Shown here: piece after piece, positions 23,678 to 35,400 of the stretch
How positions within the stretch are numbered: position 1 is the stretch's first letter
Layout: every line of letters starts with the position of its first letter
Source: Verrucomicrobiota bacterium
Lineage (GTDB): Bacteria; Verrucomicrobiota; Verrucomicrobiia; Opitutales; Cerasicoccaceae
NCBI GenBank assembly: GCA_039818205.1
Contig: JBCBUK010000001.1
Span: forward strand, 416,001-480,000
DNA length: 64,000 bases
Direction: 5' to 3'
Position numbers and translations under genes: made by a program
The notes under the pieces: model-generated
What the model was told of the DNA's origin: nothing
The model's database searches: none
What the model saw: the letters and a program-made list of their open reading frames with translations, nothing else

Positions 23678-26600
23678 GTGAAAGATTCGCGGCCACCACA
23701 CCTGCTTGTCCGACTCTTCTACGAGAACCGGCACCTGCTGATATTGACCATCGTGCTAATCATGGTGGGTGGATGGACGGCGTTGCAATCGATGCCACGA
23801 CTCGAAGACCCTGTCATCGTAAACCGCAACCCACAGATCATCACCGCGTTTCCCGGGGCAACGGCTGACCGCGTCGAGGCATTGGTGAGTGAACCGATCG
23901 AACAAGCACTGCTCGAGGTTCCAGGGATCAAGTTCATCCAATCAAACTCGCGCAACGGCATCTCACTCATCGTAATCGAACTGCTTGACTCGATCAACGA
24001 GCCAGAAAACAAACGAGTCTTTTCCGAGATTAGAGATCGCTTAGGCGATGTGAATGCGCAGCTTCCCGAGGGCGTTCAAGCCCCGTTCTTTGATGACAAA
24101 CGCAACGCGGTCGCCTTCACGATGATCACCGCGCTTACCTGGCCAAACGACGAAACCAATCCACGTATACTGACACGCGTCGCAGAAGACCTAGCGCGGC
24201 GTTTACGGACGATTCCTGGCACAGAGCTCGTCCGACTCTACGGTGCCGCTGACGAGGAGATATCAGTCGAGGTAGACCCTATCCGGCTGGCCAGTCTTGG
24301 CCTGCGCATGACTGAAATCGTTACCGCCCTAGAACTGGCGGATAGCAAGACCCCGTCCGGCGCAGTCTATACGGAATCGGCCGACTTCACTCTAGAGGTC
24401 GCAGGTGAGCTCGATTCGCTCGACCGGATCGCTGAGACCCCAGTTGCCCAAGACGCTAATGGTCGAACGGTGCGCCTCTCCGATATCGCTAAAATCGGCC
24501 GCGGCGAACGGGCACCACCAAACACGATTGCCCTGATCGATGGCCAGCGCACTGTCTTGGTTGGTGCACGAGTCCGCCCAGACAGCTTGGTGAGCACATG
24601 GACGGAACGCTCACAGGAAAAGCTCCAAGAATTTAGGCAAGAGGTTGCTGGAGGAATCGAAGTCGAAGCCATCTTTCTCCAGGACGAGTACATCACCGAT
24701 CGTTTGCGCTCGTTAACGGAGAATCTTCTGCTTGGAGCTGGCGTCATCATTATAGCTATCCTTCTCACCATGGGCTACCGCTCAGCGTTGATCGTGAGTT
24801 TTGCCCTCCCCCTCACCGCGGCATTAACGCTATTCGTCATTAACATCAGCGGCGGTAAGCTACACCAAATGTCGATCTTCGGCATGATCATCGCACTCGG
24901 CCTCCTGATTGACAACGCGATCGTCGTTACCGATGAAGTAAGAAAACACAAACGCGCGGGCCATGGTCATGTCGACGCCGCGTCGCGCGCAATCAGGCAC
25001 CTTGCACTTCCACTTTTCTCGTCGACGATTACGACGGTACTATCCTTCATGCCGATCGCATTGCTCTCCGGCGGTGCCGGAGACTTCGTAGGTTCAATCG
25101 CAATTAGCGTTATTATAGCCGTGCTTGGTTCCTATGCGATTTCATTAACCGTTATCGCTTCACTCGCGGCCAGTGGCCGAACCGGGACGGCGACCAAGCC
25201 CGGTCCATTTGAATGGCTAAGGAGCGGAATCAATGGCCGCCCAATCGCTGGCCTAGCCCGCCGTATATTGCGCTTCTTCGCTAAGCATCCCTTGGTTGCG
25301 ATCGGCGCTAATCTGATAGTTCCCATCGCTGGATTCACCTTGGCTGGCACCCTTGGTAATCAATTCTTTCCACGGACGGATCGCGACATGTTCGAGATCG
25401 ACCTTTGGCTTCCGCAGGGCACATCCATTGCCCAAACACAGCGCTATACCAGGGAGGTCGAGGCATTTCTCCAGGCCGATCCCGCGGTAAACCGCGTATC
25501 GTGGACAATTGGTTCGAGTTACCCAACCGTCTACTACAACCTGATCATGAACCAAGACGGATCGCCGCACTACGCGCACGCAACCGTATGGACCGATGAT
25601 CCCGATGCCACTGACCGCATCGTGCGGAAGACTCAGGCATGGGCCGACGAACACCATCGAGCCGTTCAGCTCGTTGCTCGCAAGTTTGCTCAAGGACCGC
25701 CAGCTGACTCAGATGTTGAATTCCGCATCTATGGGCCAGATATTATGACGCTGCGTGAACTGGGCGACCAGGTCCGCGTCGTCCTTGCGGAGCATCCGGA
25801 AATCTTGCACACGCAAACGACCATTCCTCCCGGTGAACCCAAGATCTGGGCAACACTGGACGACGAACAACTAGGCCTCGCCAACCTATCACCGGTCGGT
25901 GCTGCCAACCAACTTGAGTCGCAACTGCGTGGCTTCACGGCGGGCGTCGTCATCGAAGGCGTTGAGGATATACCGATTCGGGTTCGCCGCCCAAACGCCG
26001 ACCGCAACTCCGTTGCGAATGCGTCCGACTTCGTGTTCACCCCGACTAATGCTCAACCCAACGAATGGATTCCACTCGAAGCACTTGGCAAACTCGAGTT
26101 GCTACCCAGCGTCGCAGGTATCGAACGCCGCAACCAACAACGGATGAACAAAGTCCTCGGCTTTGCCCAAACTGGAGCCCTGCCAATTGACATCACGAAT
26201 AACGTTCTCGCGGAACTCGATGAACGCGGGTTCCAGCTACCGCCTGGGTATCGAATCGAACTCGGTGGCGAATCAGAAAACCAAGGTAATGCAGTGGGCA
26301 ACCTCGCAAAGTTTCTACCTGTTTTGGTCGTCGCAATGATGGGTGTCTTGATCCTCAGTTTCCGCTCGGTCCGGCACGCGGGTATCCTCATTATCGGTGC
26401 ACCACTAGCCGTCGGCTACGGTCTCTTTGCGACTTGGCTCCTGGGCTTTCCACTGAGCTTCAACACCATCATCGGATCCATGGGGTTGATGGGACTCGCC
26501 TTCAACGACAACATCGTCGTCCTTGCTGCCATTACAGCAAAGGCCCGCAAGGATGGCATCGATATCGACTCGATCGTTCATGAAACACTGGATTGCGGAC

Positions 26601-26806
26601 GGCACTTGATATCCACAACCCTTACAACCATCGGGAGCTTTATGCCGTTGCTCTTGATTATTGGCGGCGAGTTCTGGCCCCCTCTAGCAATTGTCCTCGT
26701 TGGCGGTGTTGGTGGTGCGACGCTGATCGCTTTTACCTTAACGCCATCTCTCTACTCGCTTCTATTTGTGAGCCGGAAGAATAAAACAAACGGACAAACC
26801 GCCTAA
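23678..26806 (+). CDS. RND efflux permease (AcrB/AcrD/AcrF family)
   Basis: 1042 aa; MPRLEDP, FPGATADRVEALVSEPIE, ALGLLIDNAIVV, FFPRTDR, FWPPLAIVLVGG. Confidence 0.95.
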   Translation: MKDSRPPHLLVRLFYENRHLLILTIVLIMVGGWTALQSMPRLEDPVIVNRNPQIITAFPGATADRVEALVSEPIEQALLEVPGIKFIQSNSRNGISLIVIELLDSINEPENKRVFSEIRDRLGDVNAQLPEGVQAPFFDDKRNAVAFTMITALTWPNDETNPRILTRVAEDLARRLRTIPGTELVRLYGAADEEISVEVDPIRLASLGLRMTEIVTALELADSKTPSGAVYTESADFTLEVAGELDSLDRIAETPVAQDANGRTVRLSDIAKIGRGERAPPNTIALIDGQRTVLVGARVRPDSLVSTWTERSQEKLQEFRQEVAGGIEVEAIFLQDEYITDRLRSLTENLLLGAGVIIIAILLTMGYRSALIVSFALPLTAALTLFVINISGGKLHQMSIFGMIIALGLLIDNAIVVTDEVRKHKRAGHGHVDAASRAIRHLALPLFSSTITTVLSFMPIALLSGGAGDFVGSIAISVIIAVLGSYAISLTVIASLAASGRTGTATKPGPFEWLRSGINGRPIAGLARRILRFFAKHPLVAIGANLIVPIAGFTLAGTLGNQFFPRTDRDMFEIDLWLPQGTSIAQTQRYTREVEAFLQADPAVNRVSWTIGSSYPTVYYNLIMNQDGSPHYAHATVWTDDPDATDRIVRKTQAWADEHHRAVQLVARKFAQGPPADSDVEFRIYGPDIMTLRELGDQVRVVLAEHPEILHTQTTIPPGEPKIWATLDDEQLGLANLSPVGAANQLESQLRGFTAGVVIEGVEDIPIRVRRPNADRNSVANASDFVFTPTNAQPNEWIPLEALGKLELLPSVAGIERRNQQRMNKVLGFAQTGALPIDITNNVLAELDERGFQLPPGYRIELGGESENQGNAVGNLAKFLPVLVVAMMGVLILSFRSVRHAGILIIGAPLAVGYGLFATWLLGFPLSFNTIIGSMGLMGLAFNDNIVVLAAITAKARKDGIDIDSIVHETLDCGRHLISTTLTTIGSFMPLLLIIGGEFWPPLAIVLVGGVGGATLIAFTLTPSLYSLLFVSRKNKTNGQTA

Positions 26807-26843
26807 CGTATGAGCGGCTCATTGGACATCGTGCGTGGACCGA

Positions 26844-27506
26844 TCACTTCGCCTGCACCGCAAGTTCCTGAATATTACGGCCATTGCACGCAAATATGCG
26901 ATCATCGCGATCACGATTCAGGGTCACAAAACTAGTAGTTCCGCCAAAAGCCGGAAGAATCGCGTGTTGCTGGCGCAACCAAAATGCTTTTGATCGAAAT
27001 GCACAACCCACTCCATCCCGGTATCTGATGCCCGGATGCAAGTGACCGCAAAGCGGATAAAGACTCGGATGCTCACAAGGTTCATGTGCCATTAAGAACG
27101 GACCCACTTCAAGCGGTTCGCCATGGCGCTCAACGAAGTCTATATCCTGTTTTCGCAATGACCGCCGGTCATGGTTACCATCAACCAGAGCTAGCGTGAC
27201 TCCCTGCTGGTCGACCCAGCCCTTCAATCGCTGCAACGTTTCCGGTTCTACCGATGCTTGACCATGAAACAGATCACCCAGCACCAGCAGCTGCTTCGCG
27301 TTCGTTCGATCAAGCAATGCTGCCAGTCGATCCAAGTCTCGCTGATCATTTCCTTCCGGGAGAAACAATCCGCGATCTCGGTGCACTTGACTCCGCCCAA
27401 GATGGATATCCGCAACAATGAGCATCGCCTGGTTTGGCCAATGAATCGCGTGGTCCGCCCAAAGGACCAACTCGTCGCCCGCCACCTGAAGGCTTATACA
27501 TTCCAT
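26844..27506 (-). CDS. pdeM: Ligase-associated DNA damage response endonuclease (metallophosphoesterase)
   Basis: ADIHLG, LGDLFH, GNHD, HEP, GHLHPG, LPAFG motifs; directly follows the Lhr-like helicase. Confidence 0.9.
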   Translation of the reverse strand: MECISLQVAGDELVLWADHAIHWPNQAMLIVADIHLGRSQVHRDRGLFLPEGNDQRDLDRLAALLDRTNAKQLLVLGDLFHGQASVEPETLQRLKGWVDQQGVTLALVDGNHDRRSLRKQDIDFVERHGEPLEVGPFLMAHEPCEHPSLYPLCGHLHPGIRYRDGVGCAFRSKAFWLRQQHAILPAFGGTTSFVTLNRDRDDRIFACNGRNIQELAVQAK

Positions 27507-29957
27507 CTAGCTCGTCGCTCCTTCCCGAGCCGCAATTCGCGCAACGCGGTCCGACCAGCTTTCACTGGAAACTTGGTCGAAGAGCGACTCAGCCCAGAGT
27601 GGAAAAGCAAAGGGCGTGATCTTTTCCGTAGCCACAACATGAAAAGGCATTTCATTGATCCGCTGCAATGTCGACAACAAGCGAGTATGCTCCAGCTGTC
27701 GATCCAGCAATTCCCGTTCAGCCTGAAGAAGGAGTCTATTGTCCGTGTCGTAACGTGCAAAGGTATCGTAAAGCAGACCCGATGACATCTGGATGTTTCG
27801 AGCACTCTTAGGCTGTCCCGGATAGCCTTGAAAGACTAAACCAGCCACGCGCGCGATTTCTCGAAACTGACGACGGGCCAACTCCGCAGAGTTCATGCAA
27901 TCCAATAGATCCACCTGCAAGTTCTCCACTGAAAAGAGTTGTCGAACAAGCGACTCATCAACCTCAAACTCTTTGGCTGACTGAATGGAAAATCCATAGT
28001 CGTTGATCGTCGTTTTTAGAGTTAGTGGTGTGATCTTTGACAATCGAAATGCCACTAGCGCAGCCAATCCTTCGTTTACCAAACGCCCCGCAAAAGGATA
28101 AGCAAATAGGTTCCATGTCGATCGGTAGTGGCAACTCTCTGTGAGCAGCCAGCGACTACCTGGCAACAGCGATCGTTCCTGCTGCTGAGTCAACAAGGGC
28201 GATAGACGGCGCAACTCATCCGACTGCGCTCCCTCTGTGGACCATGACTGGATTTCTCGAGCAACGGCATCAGCCAGCTCGCTGGAAAGTGGAGAACGTC
28301 CGCCAGCCCAAGACGGGGTCACCCCGGCGGCACGCCGCGCGTTCTTAACATACGCCGTCATCTGGCGAAAGCGGATAAGCTCGAGACGTTTCCCCGCGAA
28401 ATTAAAAACATCGCCCGGATTCAAGCGAGAGATGAAGCCCTCTTCGATCATCCCGAGTGAACCACCTTTCTGATAGCGCACCACGATCTCTGAATCTCCC
28501 GTGATCGTGCCTATACTCATGCGGTGCATCCGCGCAAGCGACTGCCCGCTTCCTGCCAATGCCCCGGACTCGCTCACACAGACTTTGCGATACTCCGGAT
28601 AGGCCGTCAGCGCACCGACCTCTCCTTTCGCAAACCCGAGCACCCAGGTCCAATCCAAGGGGTTCAATTCATTGAACGCGGCCGTTGACAAGATCTCATC
28701 CCGTAACTGCGCTTCAGTAACATCGCCACTCAGGGCCACCGTAATGACATGCTGCAACAAGACGTCCAAAGAGTTTTTTAAAGAAATGCGTGGTTCAATC
28801 TCACCGCGCCCCAAGGCAGAACGAGCCGCTGCAAATTCCAAAATCTCCAGAGCGTTGGTTGGCACACCATAAATCACGCTGGGCACTCCCGGCTGGTGGC
28901 CACTGCGCCCGGCTCGCTGGGTCAAGCGAGCAATTCCCTTCGGCGAGCCGACTTGGACCACTTGCTCGACCGGCGAGTAGTCGACACCCAAGTCTAAACT
29001 GGAGGTGCAAACAACGGCTTTGACCTCGCCTTCATCGATGGCCTGCTCAATCGCTAAACGCCGATCACGATCGACCGAGCCATGATGGATCTCAATGGAT
29101 GCTGCAAGATCAGGAGCAGCCTTGCTGAGGCTTTGATACCACAACTCGGCTTGGCTACGCGTATTGGTGAAAACCAAGGTCGAGCGTGCGTGACGAATCT
29201 GCTCCACCACGGCATGGACCAACCGTATCCCCAAATGCCCGGCCCAGGGAAAGCCTTCGATGTCATCGGGCAACAACGTGACGACACGGATCTCTTTTTG
29301 GTGATCACCGCGCACGATGATTGCATCCCGATGATTCGGACCCACCAGCGTTCGGAGGGCATCATCCAAGTTGCCAATGGTGGCTGACAATCCCCAAACT
29401 CGAACATCCGGCACCAAGCCCTTCAAACGCGAGATGCCCAGCTCAGTCTGCACGCCGCGTTTCGACCCCATCAGTTCATGCCACTCATCGCAAACGATAC
29501 AGCGCAGCTGACGAAAGCTCTTCCGCACGTCCGCGTAGGACAACATCAAACTAAGCGACTCGGGTGTGGTAATGAGCACATTCGGTAGCTGCTTCCGTAA
29601 GCGAGCCTTGTCGCGACTTGAGATGTCCCCGTGCCGAACCGCGACTGTCCACGGCAAATCGATGCCAGAGAAAAAATGCTGCAGGGCATCACCGGTGTCA
29701 TTTGCCAAGGCCTTGAGCGGAGTAATCCACAACACTCGTAATCCTGTAGCGGCTTTGCCAGCTAACTGCTCCTCAAGCCCCTCTTGGGCTGGGCCGCCCA
29801 TCGCGGCAAAGGTCTTACCAAAGCCCGTAGGCGCATGCACCAGCCCGCTTTTGCCAGCGCGGTAGCCTTCCCAGGCGGTTTGCTGGAACGGGAAGACGTC
29901 CCAGCCCTGGCCTTGAAACCAGTCTTCGATCCGTCCACCTGTTACAGTCTGGCTCAT
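27507..29957 (-). CDS. Ligase-associated DNA damage response DEXH-box (Lhr-like) helicase
   Basis: APTGFGKT, WITPLKALAND, TTPESL, DEWHELMGSKRG, GLSATIGN, HHGS, TSSLDLGVD, QRAGRSGH, FREIARVAGL. Confidence 0.93.
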   Translation of the reverse strand: MSQTVTGGRIEDWFQGQGWDVFPFQQTAWEGYRAGKSGLVHAPTGFGKTFAAMGGPAQEGLEEQLAGKAATGLRVLWITPLKALANDTGDALQHFFSGIDLPWTVAVRHGDISSRDKARLRKQLPNVLITTPESLSLMLSYADVRKSFRQLRCIVCDEWHELMGSKRGVQTELGISRLKGLVPDVRVWGLSATIGNLDDALRTLVGPNHRDAIIVRGDHQKEIRVVTLLPDDIEGFPWAGHLGIRLVHAVVEQIRHARSTLVFTNTRSQAELWYQSLSKAAPDLAASIEIHHGSVDRDRRLAIEQAIDEGEVKAVVCTSSLDLGVDYSPVEQVVQVGSPKGIARLTQRAGRSGHQPGVPSVIYGVPTNALEILEFAAARSALGRGEIEPRISLKNSLDVLLQHVITVALSGDVTEAQLRDEILSTAAFNELNPLDWTWVLGFAKGEVGALTAYPEYRKVCVSESGALAGSGQSLARMHRMSIGTITGDSEIVVRYQKGGSLGMIEEGFISRLNPGDVFNFAGKRLELIRFRQMTAYVKNARRAAGVTPSWAGGRSPLSSELADAVAREIQSWSTEGAQSDELRRLSPLLTQQQERSLLPGSRWLLTESCHYRSTWNLFAYPFAGRLVNEGLAALVAFRLSKITPLTLKTTINDYGFSIQSAKEFEVDESLVRQLFSVENLQVDLLDCMNSAELARRQFREIARVAGLVFQGYPGQPKSARNIQMSSGLLYDTFARYDTDNRLLLQAERELLDRQLEHTRLLSTLQRINEMPFHVVATEKITPFAFPLWAESLFDQVSSESWSDRVARIAAREGATS

Positions 29958-29988
29958 CTAGGCTACCCTCTATGATTGTGTCTGAAAC

Positions 29989-30168
29989 TCAGGCATTACC
30001 CGATACTCCCTTGGCCGATGATCGCGCACGCCGGCAGCGATCCGAACAGTAGACGACCGCATCCCAACAACCCGCCCACTTCTTGCGCCAGCTGAAAGGG
30101 CGTTGACAAACGGGACATATCTTTTGGGGCAGATCTGCCTTTGAAACCACTTTTCCGTTTAGTCGCAT
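29989..30168 (-). CDS. DUF2256 family small Cys-rich protein
   Basis: [38 protein letters not shown]; start re-placed at ATG 30168. Confidence 0.88.
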   Translation of the reverse strand: MRLNGKVVSKADLPQKICPVCQRPFSWRKKWAGCWDAVVYCSDRCRRARSSAKGVSGNA

Positions 30169-30329
30169 GGGAGGCAGAATAGCGCATTCTCCAGTGATTT
30201 CAAACGCCGCGATCAGGAATTCCAAACAAGAAGTCATTGGCCGATAAGGAGATAAATAATTCTCAATTTTCTGAAGAAATAAACCAGTAATCACTTGATC
30301 ACCGTGTAATTTTGAGCATACTATTTTGA

Positions 30330-30977
30330 GTGATTGAGAATGCGGACAAACGTGCGGCCACATTCCGAAAATTGACCTCGAAAATTGGGGTGGTTTCGGC
30401 GGCTAGCCTGCAGCTGACGCAAGAGCTGCGGCCCAACCATAGCGGATGGATCCCTCCATCTCGCATGGTCGAATGTGTCTGTACGGGCTCAAGCGTCGGC
30501 GGACAATCGCTGGTCGAACTGCTCTTGGCGAAAAACCTGAAAAATGGCAGTTTTGCGGCCTTTGTTGACCTCGCCAATGGCTTTGACCTGGACTCCTTGA
30601 GCCTTGGATTGGAAGAACGGATGCTATGGGTTCGCTGCCAGAATGAAACGCAATCATTGAAGGCCTTAGACCTCTTGTTACGTGATGACAACTTCAGCTT
30701 GGTAGTGGCTGATCTACGCAGCTCTAGCAAGCACTTGCGACAAGCCCCCGCCCGATCCTGGTATCGCTTGCAACGTCTCAGCCATCAACGTGAAGGCTAT
30801 TGCGTGATACTGGCCCAGGAACACCTCTCACCCTGCATGGACCTGTCATTAACACTCTCGGCCAACCATCGCTTCGCCACCTTAAATCAAGGGCGCACGA
30901 ATATCCAGCAGACCATCGCGCAGCAAATAGCGGAACAGCTGGATAGCCCCGTAACAACGATCGCCGAAGCCATCTAA
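30330..30977 (+). CDS. imuA: ImuA-like RecA-fold mutagenesis protein
   Basis: RecA-like core ([35 protein letters not shown]) with degenerate Walker A; first gene before imuB-dnaE2. Confidence 0.72.
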   Translation: MIENADKRAATFRKLTSKIGVVSAASLQLTQELRPNHSGWIPPSRMVECVCTGSSVGGQSLVELLLAKNLKNGSFAAFVDLANGFDLDSLSLGLEERMLWVRCQNETQSLKALDLLLRDDNFSLVVADLRSSSKHLRQAPARSWYRLQRLSHQREGYCVILAQEHLSPCMDLSLTLSANHRFATLNQGRTNIQQTIAQQIAEQLDSPVTTIAEAI

Positions 30978-30990
30978 CCACAGCCCATAT

Positions 30991-32457
30991 ATGTTCCTCT
31001 GCCTTTTCATAGATAATTTTCGGCTACAGGCGGTGTCGCGACGTCAAGCCCTGCCACCCGCTCTACCCACTGCCCTGACCAACAGCAGTGGCAATATCTG
31101 CGAGCTCAACCACGCCGCTTACACCCACCATATCCGAGTCGGCATGTCGATGCCCAAAGCCATGTCCCGCTGTGCTCAACTCAAGATTGTGAATCCCTGT
31201 TTGCAAGCTGAGAAAGCTACTCAGCGACTGGTTTGGAGTAACGTCTGGCAGATCTCACCCAAGATTGAACTAACACGCATTGGCTTGGTCACCGTGCAAC
31301 TCTACCGAATGGATTTTGAAACGCTATGCCGCCAAGTCGAACACTGTTTGGGGCAACTTAGGCGGCAGGATATATTTGCCCGGGCGGGCGCAGCGCCCAC
31401 CCCCGACTGGGCAGAACTAGCCGCAATAACTGCTGAGGCGCACTCATTTAAGCTCAAGCCCGATAAACAGCAGATGCAGACCCTACTCGATCACACCGCA
31501 TTAAACATGCTACCAGCCATGAATGACCGCACCATCAGCCTGCTAGACAACTGGGGCATACGGAGTCTCGGGGCCTTGGCCCGTCTCCCGCGCAATGAAC
31601 TTGGTGAGCGACTGGGCACATCAATCTTATCCATTTGGGATCTGCTCCATGGCAAAACCAAACGACTACTGCGATTCACCGAACTCGAACCCGAGTTCAA
31701 TGAGACCTTCCCGCTCGAGACGCCCATTGAAAATTTAGATGCGGTTTGCTTCTTGATCCGTCGCGCAGCTGATGCCCTGGAACAGCAGTTAATCCAAGCC
31801 GGCAAAGTGGCGCGTGCAATCGAGATCACCTTGAACATCGAACGGCGATCTCCTTATCGGAAAAGAATTCAACTCCCGGAAACCACTCAACAAGCTGACT
31901 TGATGGAGCGTCTGCTTCGAAATCACTTGGAGCAGATTCAACTAAGGGGTGCGATATGTGAGGTAACACTGAGCCTTGATGCTGTGCCACCGCTCGGCAA
32001 ACAAGCGGGCCTGTTCCAACATAGCGTCCGCAATCCATGGCGCCTAGCCGAGACCCTTGATCAACTCGCCGGCCTGGTGGGTGAAGAACGCATGGGCTCA
32101 CCGCGGCCCATCAATACTCATCGGCCAGACAGCTTTACTCTCTCGTCGTTGCCAACGGAGTTTAGCGAAGTCGATGAAGCGACATTCGTATTACCAAGAA
32201 TTGGCCCAAACCTCCGCCGCTGCCGCCCTGCCCCCAAGGCACAGGTCCAACTCCATGCCCGGGGCCCGGCGGCGATTCGATCGAGCATTGTCACCGGCGA
32301 AATCCAGGCACGCAAGGGGCCCTTCTGCATCAATGGCGACTGGTGGACAGCGATGCCCTGGCAACTCGAAGAATGGGACGTTGAAGTGGCCGATAAAGGA
32401 CTGTTTCGCATTGCAAGAAAGGGTCGAGCCTGGCTGGTCATCGGCGCGTATGATTAA
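30991..32457 (+). CDS. imuB: ImuB, inactive Y-family DNA polymerase
   Basis: IRVGMSMPKA, WGIRSLGALARLPRNELGERLG, GPFCINGDWW, EWDVE, GAYD; no catalytic Asp motifs seen. Confidence 0.85.
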   Translation: MFLCLFIDNFRLQAVSRRQALPPALPTALTNSSGNICELNHAAYTHHIRVGMSMPKAMSRCAQLKIVNPCLQAEKATQRLVWSNVWQISPKIELTRIGLVTVQLYRMDFETLCRQVEHCLGQLRRQDIFARAGAAPTPDWAELAAITAEAHSFKLKPDKQQMQTLLDHTALNMLPAMNDRTISLLDNWGIRSLGALARLPRNELGERLGTSILSIWDLLHGKTKRLLRFTELEPEFNETFPLETPIENLDAVCFLIRRAADALEQQLIQAGKVARAIEITLNIERRSPYRKRIQLPETTQQADLMERLLRNHLEQIQLRGAICEVTLSLDAVPPLGKQAGLFQHSVRNPWRLAETLDQLAGLVGEERMGSPRPINTHRPDSFTLSSLPTEFSEVDEATFVLPRIGPNLRRCRPAPKAQVQLHARGPAAIRSSIVTGEIQARKGPFCINGDWWTAMPWQLEEWDVEVADKGLFRIARKGRAWLVIGAYD

Positions 32458-32463
32458 GCAGCC

Positions 32464-35400
32464 ATGACATACGTTGAGTTACACGGGCGCAGTGCTTTTC
32501 ATTTTCTGCGCGGGGCGGTACAGCCCAAGGTTTTGGCAGCCGCCATGGCAGATGCTGACATAGCGGCTGGCGCTTGCGTAGATGCCAATGGTGTTTATGG
32601 CTCGCCCGCTTTCGAGTTCGCCTGTGCTGACTTAGGAATCGCTGGCATTGTCGGCTCAGAGTTAACAATTGCCCGAGAGGCTCACCATACCTGGATGGCA
32701 GGACCTTTTCTGGGTCGGCTCCCCCTTTTGGTTGAAAGCTGCGCTGGCTACCAAAACCTTTGTCAGCTGATCACCCAGATGCATCTGCGTTGGTCCAAGT
32801 CGAAGCGAACCAATGATCCCAATGATGAGTTTTCCGCCCCATCATTGGCGCTCCAGGAGATCGATGCGTATAAGGATGGCTTAATCGCTTTGACGGGCGA
32901 CGCCGATGGCCCGCTTGGCGTGGCATGGCGAGCGGGTGGCACTTCGGCCGTTAAACAAGCCATGTTGGAATTGCTCAAAGTCTTTCCTCGAAACCAAATC
33001 TACGTGGAAATCCAACGTCACCGTCGACGCGATGAAGATGTCTACAATCGAATGCTCTGCGAGCTTGCCGAGCAACATCGCTTGAAGGTCCTGGCCACGA
33101 ATGGCCCTGCTTATGCAACACCAACTGGGCGGCAAGCATTGGACGTCTTTACCTGTCTTCGCTATCACACCACCATTGAGCAAGCGGGTCGCTTGTTGGA
33201 GTCCAACGCAGAGCGACATGTAAAGGGCGACTCTGAGATGCGCATACTCTTTGCCGACTTACCACAAGCCATTGATGAATCAGGACGATTGGCTGAGCGT
33301 TTGCAGTTTCGTCTTCGCGACCTAGGCTACGCGTTTCCCCTATTCCCTGTCCCAGCTGGAGAATCATTGGACAGCTTTCTGAAAAAGATGGCACTTTTTG
33401 GTGCGCAAAGTCGTTACGGATGCATCACGCGCCGCATTCGCCAGCAGATGGAGCACGAACTTGCCATCATCAAGAAATTGGGCTTTGCCGGCTACTTCCT
33501 GATCGTTTGGGACATCGTTAACTACTGTCGGGAGAATGGCATCTTGGCGCAAGGTCGCGGCAGCGCCGCCAACAGTGTCATTTGCTATGCCTTAGGCATT
33601 ACCGCAGTGGACCCCATCCAAAGAGAACTACTATTCGAACGCTTCCTGAGCGAAGAACGTCAAGGCTGGCCAGATATCGACATTGATCTTCCTAGCGGTG
33701 ACCTGCGCGAATCCGTGATTCAAGAGGTGTATCGGCGCTATGGCCAGCATGGTGCCGCGATGACGGCTAACGTGATCTGCTATCGTGGGCGTTCTGCAAT
33801 GCGAGAAATTGGCAAAGTATTAAGCCTTCCTCAAGACGTTGTTGATCGCTTCAACACGCTTTTTGCGCGTGGCGACTACAAACATACCTTGGGTGCCAAA
33901 GAACAACTGCGACAAGCTGGTATCGAAATCAATCATCCCCGTCACCAATCAGCCCTACGCGTTTACAACGAAATCATTGGGCTGCCGCGCCACTTAGGGC
34001 AACACAGTGGCGGCATGATCATCTGCAACAACCGTTTAAACCAAGTCGTTCCTTTAGAAAATGCCTCGATGCCTGGGCGCGTGGTGGCACAATGGGACAA
34101 GGATGCATGCGAGGACCTTGGGATCATCAAAATTGATCTACTAGGCCTGGGTATGATGGCGGTACTACAGGACTGCATTGAGCTCACGCATCAACGTGGC
34201 CACGGCATAGACCTTGCGCAGATTCCGCAGGATGATGCACCCACCTATGACTTACTTTGCCGTGCAGAAACTATGGGTGTTTTCCAAGTTGAGAGTCGCG
34301 CTCAGATGGCAACCTTGCCTCGGATGAAGCCGCGCAAATTCTATGACCTTGCCGTTGAGGTCGCGATCATTCGCCCTGGGCCCATTGCTGGTGAACTCGC
34401 TAATCCATATCTAAACCGACGTAATGGCTTGGAGCCGATTATTTATATCGATGAGCGTTTGGAACCCGTCTTAAAACGAACGCTCGGCATTCCACTGTTT
34501 CAAGAACAGGTGTTGAAAATGGCTATGGTGATGGCCGACTATACCCCTGGCGAATCCGAAGAGCTGCGGCGGGCCCTAGGCTTCACCCGCAATCAAGAAC
34601 GCATCGACCAGGCCAAAGCAACTTTTCGCGCAAAGCTCGAAGCGCGAAACCTGGAGCCTGAGAAAGTTGATTGGCTGGTGGACACCATTAGCAGCTTCGC
34701 CTTATATGGTTTTCCAGAAAGCCATGCGATCAGTTTTGCCCTGCTGGCGTATGCTTCAGCCTGGTTGAAAGTGCATCGGCCCGAGGAGTTCTATTGCTCG
34801 TTACTCAACAACCAGCCCATGGGCTTCTATTCACCAGCTTCCTTGGTTCAAGAGGCCAGACGCTTTGGGCTACGGTTTCTCCCTCCTGATGTCATGCACT
34901 CAGGCTGGAAATGCCTAATTGATGAATCAAGCCTCAGCGAGAACGGGAAAGCATCCATTCGATTGGGCCTGAACTTGGTTAAGGGGGTCAGCGCATCGGG
35001 AGTTGACCACCTCTTGAGCGAACGCAACCAACATACCTTCTCGTCGTTGGAGTCATTCCGATTAAGAAATCGATTCAACGTTGATGAGCTTCGCGCGCTG
35101 GCGGCCGCAGGCGCACTCAATGCCTTAGCTGGCTCACGCCGCCAAGCAATGTGGCGAATTGAAAGCCCTTTGGAAGACGATCTCTTTGGTCGATTCGAGG
35201 CGGCGCAAATGGATCAACGTGCCGTCGATACCAGTCCGCTGGAAGAAATGACTCAATGGGAAAGGATCTGTTATGACTTCGAAACGGTTGGCCTAACGGT
35301 CGGAGAACATCCAATGCAGAAACTGCGACCACGCATACGCACACGCTCAAAGATTTGGCGAGCGGCCGACTTACCTGATGCCAGAAACAACCAACGCCTC

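Noticed and set aside
30169..30363. N-terminal extension of DUF2256 in the track
   Set aside because: It overlaps imuA and its promoter region; the family is about 50-60 aa
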